DNA of 57,122 nt from an uncultured Eubacteriales bacterium (GTDB lineage Bacteria; Acidobacteriota; Aminicenantia; Aminicenantales; Aminicenantaceae), in the NCBI GenBank assembly GCA_964540205.1, contig CAZIMJ010000142.1:1-57122 (forward strand), written 5' to 3'. The notes beneath the pieces are model-generated. The model made no database searches. It was not told the origin of the DNA and worked only from the letters and a program-made list of their open reading frames with translations. A program made the position numbers and the translations under genes. The stretch's first letter is position 1. Every line of letters begins with the position of its first letter. Of this stretch, positions 52,004 through 57,122 are shown piece by piece.

Positions 52004-52256
52004 CCTGAGTTATTCACGAGTTGAGGTTGCTGTAGATGAGAGGCGCAAAGGATGCAGCTGTGGTTGTCCACCGCAAATCTTTTGCAACGAAGCAGATACA
52101 GTGAGATCAGCTCGCCCAGAGGGTAAAAAATGTCGATAATGAATAATGAGGACATGAAAAACGGAGTTATCAGAGTGATTTGATTGATGAATAAAGTAAA
52201 TGATTGATAATGCTTTTGTTGTAACAAGTATCGACATTTTTTATGAATAATTCAGG
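52004..52256. repeat. second, rearranged copy of the MITE-like element
   Basis: The right end 52226-52256 is 31/31 identical to 26648-26678. The inner left TIR TAAAAAATGTCGATA (52124-52138) forms a perfect 15-bp inverted repeat with 52229-52243. The outer left TIR CCTGAGTTATTCA (52004-52016, 12/13) is displaced by a 107-nt GC-richer insert. Confidence 0.45.
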
Positions 52257-52307
52257 ATAGATATTCTAGTGTTTGTTTCTCTATTGTTTTTTGCTACAAT
52301 TCAGGAC

Positions 52308-53213
52308 ATGAAAAATATAACTTGGGGATTGTTTCTTTTAATTTTAGTAGGAGGATTGGGATCTATGTGCACGAGTTCAAAAAATGGAGATACAGATCTG
52401 GGTACTTTGTTGCCCAAGGAAATAAACGGATGGAGTGTTTCTGGAGAGGATAAGCTCTTTGATACGGAGACGATCTTCGACTACATAAACGGTGCTGGAG
52501 AAGTATACCGGGCATACAATTTTAAGTCACTCTTGGCCAGACAGTTCTCCAGAGAAGGTCAGCCGAATATCATCGCCGACCTATTCGATATGGGTTCTGC
52601 CAAGGATGCTTACGGTATTTTTACTCATAGTCTTGAGGAGGAAGATGCTGAGATCGGTCAAGGAGCCACCTACATGGAAGGCTTGCTTTCTTTCTGGAAA
52701 GATCGCTTTTTTGTGTCCTTGTATGCGGAAGAAGAGACTCCTGAAGCCAAGGAGGCTCTGTTTTCATTTGCGAAAAAAGTTGCATCATCGATAAGTGAAG
52801 GGGGGCAAATTCCTGACATCGTTTCTCTCTTTCCGCCTGAAAATCTGGACAGGACAAAGATCCGTTATTTCCACAGTTACATCATCCTCAATTATCATTT
52901 CTTCATGGCGGATGAAAATATCCTCTACCTGGATCAGGAGACAGATGCAGCCCTTGGCCTGTATGAACAAAATGGGGAGAGGTCTTACCTTCTCCTCGTT
53001 CGTTATCTCAATGAGGAGAAGGCCAAAGAGGCCTTTGATAATTTCTTAGAGGTTTACATGCCGGATGCGGGAGAATCGAACATTGTCAGGACTGAGGACG
53101 GCCAATGGACTGCCACTCGACTAAACGGTGATTTGCTGAGTGTGATTTTTAATGCGCACTCCGAATCTCATGCAAAAGAGATTCTCGACAGTGTTGAGAA
53201 CAGGCTCCCGTAG
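52308..53213 (+). CDS. hypothetical secreted protein / possible lipoprotein
   Basis: ATG 52308 gives MKNITWGLFLLILVGGLGSMCTSS, a signal peptide with an atypical lipobox. No family recognised. Confidence 0.6.
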   Translation: MKNITWGLFLLILVGGLGSMCTSSKNGDTDLGTLLPKEINGWSVSGEDKLFDTETIFDYINGAGEVYRAYNFKSLLARQFSREGQPNIIADLFDMGSAKDAYGIFTHSLEEEDAEIGQGATYMEGLLSFWKDRFFVSLYAEEETPEAKEALFSFAKKVASSISEGGQIPDIVSLFPPENLDRTKIRYFHSYIILNYHFFMADENILYLDQETDAALGLYEQNGERSYLLLVRYLNEEKAKEAFDNFLEVYMPDAGESNIVRTEDGQWTATRLNGDLLSVIFNAHSESHAKEILDSVENRLP

Positions 53214-53261
53214 TAAAACATCCCTAACTCTGTGATATCAAGAATGCTCTATAGCGTTGTT

Positions 53262-53321
53262 GAGTGATCAGATTGTGTGGTGGAGAAAACCGTGTTTTCG
53301 CAATCACCAATCTGATCATTC
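53262..53321. repeat. 60-nt imperfect palindrome / compound hairpin
   Basis: A 14-bp outer stem (53262-53275 with 53308-53321, one G-T pair), a GTG/CAC middle stem, and an inner GAAAAC-cgt-GTTTTC hairpin. No following T-run. Confidence 0.5.
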
Positions 53322-53396
53322 GAGACGGCTATCATCACGGAAATAAGGATGCGTTAGTTTAAATGCTTTGCTCGATCTAAATATTAAGGAGGGATC

Positions 53397-54290
53397 ATTA
53401 AAAAAAGAATAATCACTCGGCGGGATTTTTTGCGTGTTACGGCTCTATCCCCTTTAGCCGGGGCATTTGCTTCGAGCCTCAAGTTCTCAGGCGGTCAGTC
53501 GCCATCACCACAAGCGAAAGTGATTCTTATCAGGGACGAAAACGCTCTTGTTGCTTTCAAAAAACCCGATGCCAAAGTTGTTCAGCGGATGCTCGATGAA
53601 GCGTTATCGACATTGCTGGCAGAAAAGGAACCGATTCAAGCGTGGAAGCAGGTGATTAATCCTTCGGATATTGTTGGGATCAAGTCGAATGCCATGAATT
53701 ATCTCCCTACGACTGCGGAGGTGGAGCAGATTATTAAAAGACGCGTTCTTGATGCAGGAATTCCGGAGGAAAACATCGGTATAGATGACAGAGGCGTGAG
53801 AGGAAATCCTATCTTTCAAAAGGCAACGGCTATCATCAATGTCCGCCCAGCGAGAACCCATCATTGGTCAGGGATCGGTGGCTGTATCAAAAATCCCATC
53901 ATGTACTCCTCCCGTCCGAGCGATTATCATCCGGACTCCTGTGCAGACCTTGCAACTCTCTGGGATCATTTCGACCTCCGAAAAAGAGTTAAGCTGAACA
54001 TTCTCCTCATGCTGAATCCCCAATTTCACACAGTCGGCCCCCACAGCTATGCCAATAAATATGTCTGGGAGTACAAGGGTATCCTCGTCAGTCAAGACCC
54101 TGTGGCAGTGGATGCGGTCGGTTTGCGAATTATCCAGGCGAGGCGGCTCGAGTATTTCGGGGAAGACAAACCTCTTCAGACTCCTGCCAAACATATCCGA
54201 CTTGCTGACACGCGGCATCACTTGGGTGTCAGCGACCCGAACAACATCGAACTGATCAAGCTCGGTTGGACAGACAAAATCCTTATTTAA
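53397..54290 (+). CDS. Tat-exported DUF362 domain protein (probable ATT start)
   Basis: DUF362-like body. A consensus twin-arginine motif TRRDFLRV is encoded upstream of the first canonical start (TTG 53430). In that frame only ATC, ATT or ATA codons follow the stop at 53385. ATT 53397 lies 4 nt after AAGGAGGG. Confidence 0.7.
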   Translation: MKKRIITRRDFLRVTALSPLAGAFASSLKFSGGQSPSPQAKVILIRDENALVAFKKPDAKVVQRMLDEALSTLLAEKEPIQAWKQVINPSDIVGIKSNAMNYLPTTAEVEQIIKRRVLDAGIPEENIGIDDRGVRGNPIFQKATAIINVRPARTHHWSGIGGCIKNPIMYSSRPSDYHPDSCADLATLWDHFDLRKRVKLNILLMLNPQFHTVGPHSYANKYVWEYKGILVSQDPVAVDAVGLRIIQARRLEYFGEDKPLQTPAKHIRLADTRHHLGVSDPNNIELIKLGWTDKILI

Positions 54291-54308
54291 TCTCCTGAAT
54301 AATTCAGG

Positions 54309-55562
54309 TTATTTGGAGAGGGAGGGTCGCTTTCTCTTTAAGGTTTCGATATTAAAATCTTCAAAAATAATGGCAATGGCGATCTTTGTGATAAAGGTGA
54401 AGATTAAAAATCCAATGGCAAAGATACCCATCGAGACCTTAAGTTCAACCAGGGACGGCCGGTAACCGTAGATCTGTCCCAATGAATCCGGCGTGAATCC
54501 GGGGATGAGGAGAGCGATTCCCTTTTCGATATAAACACCGAACCAGATCAATATGGCCCCGATATTCAATGTGACCACGTTTTTACGGGTGGCAGGGATC
54601 AAGAAGAGCAGGAAGGCGATGAAACTGATGAAAAGTGAAGCCCATCCGTACGTCACGATATCGCGGTTTTCACCCACTCCTTTAAACAGATACTTGAGAT
54701 GAACCAGGTGTTCCGTGTCGGAATAGACCTCTTTGAACACCTCGGCAAAGAAAAAGAAGAGATTGATAAACATGGCATAGGCCATGAGTTCTGCGATCTT
54801 CCAGATGGCCTCATCCTTGATCTCAAAGGTCGTGGTTTTTTTTAGGATCTGAAATAGGATAATAAGAACCGCAGGTCCGGAACAGAACGCAGAGGCCAAA
54901 AATTTTGGGGCGAGCAGGGCGCTATTCCAATATGGCCGGCCGGCAAATCCGTTGTAAAGAAAGGCAGTGACGGTGTGAATGCCTATGGCCACAGGAATGG
55001 AAAACAGTATCAGTGGTGTTAACAAGCGTCTGTTGTACTCCCGTTTATAGAATAGAGTGTAGATCAGGTAACCGACGATGATAAGATTCAGGAAGAAATA
55101 TAGTGTGAGAACTACAGAATCCCAGGCTAGGAGTGATGACGGAACGTTCAGTTTGCCGATCAAAGGAATCATGTGCCACAATCGCAGGGGATTGCCCACA
55201 TCGACGATGACAAACAGGATACACATGATCACGGCACTGATAGCGAGGAGCTCCCCGAATATGACCACTTCTTTGAGGGGCTTCCAGTTGTAGATATAGG
55301 CCGGAATAACCAGCATGATTGCTGCTGCCGCAACGCCAACAAGAAAAGTGAAATTTCCGATATAAAAAGCCCACGAAACTGGATCTCTCATATTGGTAAC
55401 CAGCAATCCCTGTTTCAGCTGCTCAATATATCCCGTACTGCCAACAATGATGAGTGTAAAGAGAAAGGCCAGCCAGAGATAATACCGCTTGCTTCCTCGG
55501 ATAAGAATCTGAAAACTTTCTTTGATAAACCGGATAAAATTCAACCTGTCACCCCATACCAA
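54309..55562 (-). CDS. NrfD/PsrC-family integral membrane quinone-interacting subunit
   Basis: 417 aa, about 10 TM helices, NrfD-like N-terminus (..GSKRYYLWLAFLF..., PVSWAFYIGNFTFLVG). TTG start 3 nt after the upstream stop. Confidence 0.85.
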   Translation of the reverse strand: MVWGDRLNFIRFIKESFQILIRGSKRYYLWLAFLFTLIIVGSTGYIEQLKQGLLVTNMRDPVSWAFYIGNFTFLVGVAAAAIMLVIPAYIYNWKPLKEVVIFGELLAISAVIMCILFVIVDVGNPLRLWHMIPLIGKLNVPSSLLAWDSVVLTLYFFLNLIIVGYLIYTLFYKREYNRRLLTPLILFSIPVAIGIHTVTAFLYNGFAGRPYWNSALLAPKFLASAFCSGPAVLIILFQILKKTTTFEIKDEAIWKIAELMAYAMFINLFFFFAEVFKEVYSDTEHLVHLKYLFKGVGENRDIVTYGWASLFISFIAFLLFLIPATRKNVVTLNIGAILIWFGVYIEKGIALLIPGFTPDSLGQIYGYRPSLVELKVSMGIFAIGFLIFTFITKIAIAIIFEDFNIETLKRKRPSLSK

Positions 55563-55565
55563 TGA

Positions 55566-56477
55566 TCATGTCCCGTAAAAATAGTAGAATTTTGGTTGAG
55601 TGTTGAGTTCCTCTTTGAGGATAAGAACCCTCTTGTTTTCAAGAATGTACCGAATTTCACTGTCCTTGTCTAAAAGATTCCCGAATTTTCTGGCTCCTAC
55701 AGGACAAACTTCAACACACGCAGGGTAACGTCCTTCTCGAACTCGCTGAATACAGAAGGTGCATTTCTCCACAGCCCCTTTGTAGCGTGGTCGGTTACCA
55801 AGATAGTGAGTTTTGGGATTGACGTTTTCGGCGTTCAGTTTCACTTTTCCCCAATTGTAATGACGGGCTCCATAAGGGCATGCGGCCATGCAGCAGCGGC
55901 AGCCGATACACCAGTCGTAATCCACAACTACAATTCCATCAGTGGTGGTCCAGGTAGCGCCGACTGGGCAGCTCTTGACACAGGGAGGATTCTGACACTG
56001 CTGACATTGCACGGGCAGGTAAAAATGCCCTTCTTGGGGCACTTCTTCGTGGTCGTAATACAGATCGGCGTGCAAAAAATCGATACCCTTCTCTTTTTCC
56101 ATCTCCAGGACTTGGATCCAGTGCATCTGGGGCTCCTGTGTTTGATTGTTCTCTTCCATACAAGCGTAAACACACTGGCGGCAGCCGATACATGTAGAAA
56201 TATCGAGGGCATAACCAAAGAATGTCTGAGGTATGGCTTCTTTAGCCGATACGGAAAACTTTTTGCCATATTCTTTGGTATATTTCTCTTCAAGACGTTG
56301 AATGACTTTGGCGATCTCATCCTTGGACATCGATCTGAAATTGTTCTGCAGGAATTCCTCTCGATCCTCCTTGGTGCATGCGATGAATGCCGCAGTCGCA
56401 GAGGTGACCGCCGTGGCTTTTAAGAATGTTCTCCTTTTTAACTTTTGGGGCGAAAGGATGTTTTTGAATATACTCAT
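55566..56477 (-). CDS. Tat-exported 4Fe-4S ferredoxin-type subunit (NrfC/PsrB/HybA-like)
   Basis: Twin-arginine signal KRRTFLKATAV. Multiple CxxCxxCxxxCP clusters (CIGCRQCVYAC, CQQCQNPPCVKSCP, CIGCRCCMAACP, CTFC...CVEVCP). Confidence 0.9.
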   Translation of the reverse strand: MSIFKNILSPQKLKRRTFLKATAVTSATAAFIACTKEDREEFLQNNFRSMSKDEIAKVIQRLEEKYTKEYGKKFSVSAKEAIPQTFFGYALDISTCIGCRQCVYACMEENNQTQEPQMHWIQVLEMEKEKGIDFLHADLYYDHEEVPQEGHFYLPVQCQQCQNPPCVKSCPVGATWTTTDGIVVVDYDWCIGCRCCMAACPYGARHYNWGKVKLNAENVNPKTHYLGNRPRYKGAVEKCTFCIQRVREGRYPACVEVCPVGARKFGNLLDKDSEIRYILENKRVLILKEELNTQPKFYYFYGT

Positions 56478-57028
56478 TTGATTGTTCCCGGTCTTTTTGG
56501 TGGGGGTTCCGGTTTCATTTTCTTAAATTTCGGGGAATGAGGATCATGGCAATGGGCACACAAAAGGTACTCCTTCTGTCCGTTCCAGCTGCCGGTTCTC
56601 CTGCCGTGGATACCCGCTCTCCAATCCCTCAGCTTGGGGCCATGGCACTGGCCGCAAAGCTTATAAGATTCTTTGAAATCGATCAATTGACCGCTGGCTG
56701 AGTGCAGCATGTCTCGATTATTGGCGTCATGACAATCCATGCACCACCTGTTCTCTTCATCGTGCTTAAGGATGATATCCTCATGGAATTCTTTCAGCTC
56801 TCTTCTCTGGAGGTTAATATCCATGTCAGCATGGCATCCCGAGCAGGGGAAAATATCCTCGCTGAAAGGAGGGGGAGGGAGCTGGATATCCATCTGTTCT
56901 TTCCCCACAGAATGCTGAGTTTTTCCTTCGGAGTCAGATGTTTGGGTGCTGGTCACAAGCAGAGGAAAAAAAAGCAAACAAATAAGTGCCGAAGTGAGAA
57001 AAATCCATTTAAATCCGAATGTTCTCAT
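56474..57028 (-). CDS. membrane-anchored or periplasmic tetraheme c-type cytochrome
   Basis: CSGCH, CMDCH, CGQCH and CAHCH motifs with an N-terminal hydrophobic segment. ATGA overlap with the downstream FeS subunit gene. Confidence 0.8.
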   Translation of the reverse strand: MRTFGFKWIFLTSALICLLFFPLLVTSTQTSDSEGKTQHSVGKEQMDIQLPPPPFSEDIFPCSGCHADMDINLQRRELKEFHEDIILKHDEENRWCMDCHDANNRDMLHSASGQLIDFKESYKLCGQCHGPKLRDWRAGIHGRRTGSWNGQKEYLLCAHCHDPHSPKFKKMKPEPPPKRPGTIK

Positions 57029-57122
57029 TTCCGAAGTCCGAATAAAATCATACCAATTTTCTCGAAATAGTAAGTTTTATTATAAACAGATATTTCCCAC
57101 AAATGTCAACCTATTAATATTA

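Noticed and set aside
51940-52237. 95-aa and 75-aa minus-strand ORFs in the Rrf2-divergent intergenic region
   Set aside because: They overlap each other and the repeat element, have no RBS and are low-complexity. They more likely result from AT-rich repeat sequence.
1-57122. CRISPR arrays, tRNA/rRNA genes, integrases/transposases, toxin-antitoxin or known defence-system genes
   Set aside because: No regularly spaced direct repeats, no cloverleaf-like or rRNA-like segments, and no recombinase or defence-type ORFs were recognised on either strand.

Overview
57.1-kb bacterial chromosomal window with anaerobe-like gene content; I cannot place the taxon from sequence alone. (1) 0.1-7.7 kb: housekeeping genes on the minus strand (queA, tungsten-type aldehyde:ferredoxin oxidoreductase with a MoaD-like carrier, ruvB/ruvA/ruvC, yebC) plus a truncated MBL-fold gene. 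(2) 7.8-19.4 kb: a copper/silver resistance island (DUF2892, csoR-DUF302-copA, cusC/cusB/cusA-like RND system, a secreted triple-YHS protein). It is unusually rich in YHS/TRASH/HMBD metal-binding modules and carries two covarying stop-codon-overlapping hairpin repeats. (3) 19.4-32.3 kb: cysK-like gene, mnmA, a yeiH-family pseudogene with four lesions, a DDAH-like enzyme, an MTH1187-family protein, class II RNR (nrdJ), a MITE-like element, and thiM-thiL-thiE flanked by two paralogous flavoproteins. (4) 32.4-51.4 kb, all on the minus strand, is the most interesting part: a dense multiheme-cytochrome island. By my count it holds 68 canonical CXXCH motifs in seven proteins, and the window holds 72 in eight once the tetraheme at 56474..57028 is added. 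The island contains a 19-heme/cytochrome-b fusion, a tetraheme, a membrane-anchored 16-17-heme NapC-like protein, a dedicated CcsBA heme lyase pair, a HAO-like octaheme, and an MtrA-like decaheme + beta-barrel + duplicated-pentaheme operon. It appears to be wired to a neighbouring PAS kinase / c-heme sensor kinase / NtrC-type activator through two near-consensus sigma54 promoters that share a tripartite palindromic enhancer. (5) 51.5-57.1 kb: Rrf2 regulator, a repeat-rich intergenic region, a putative lipoprotein, a Tat-exported DUF362 protein that seems to need an ATT start, and a tetraheme + NrfC-like + NrfD-like quinone module. No rRNA, tRNA or CRISPR array was seen.
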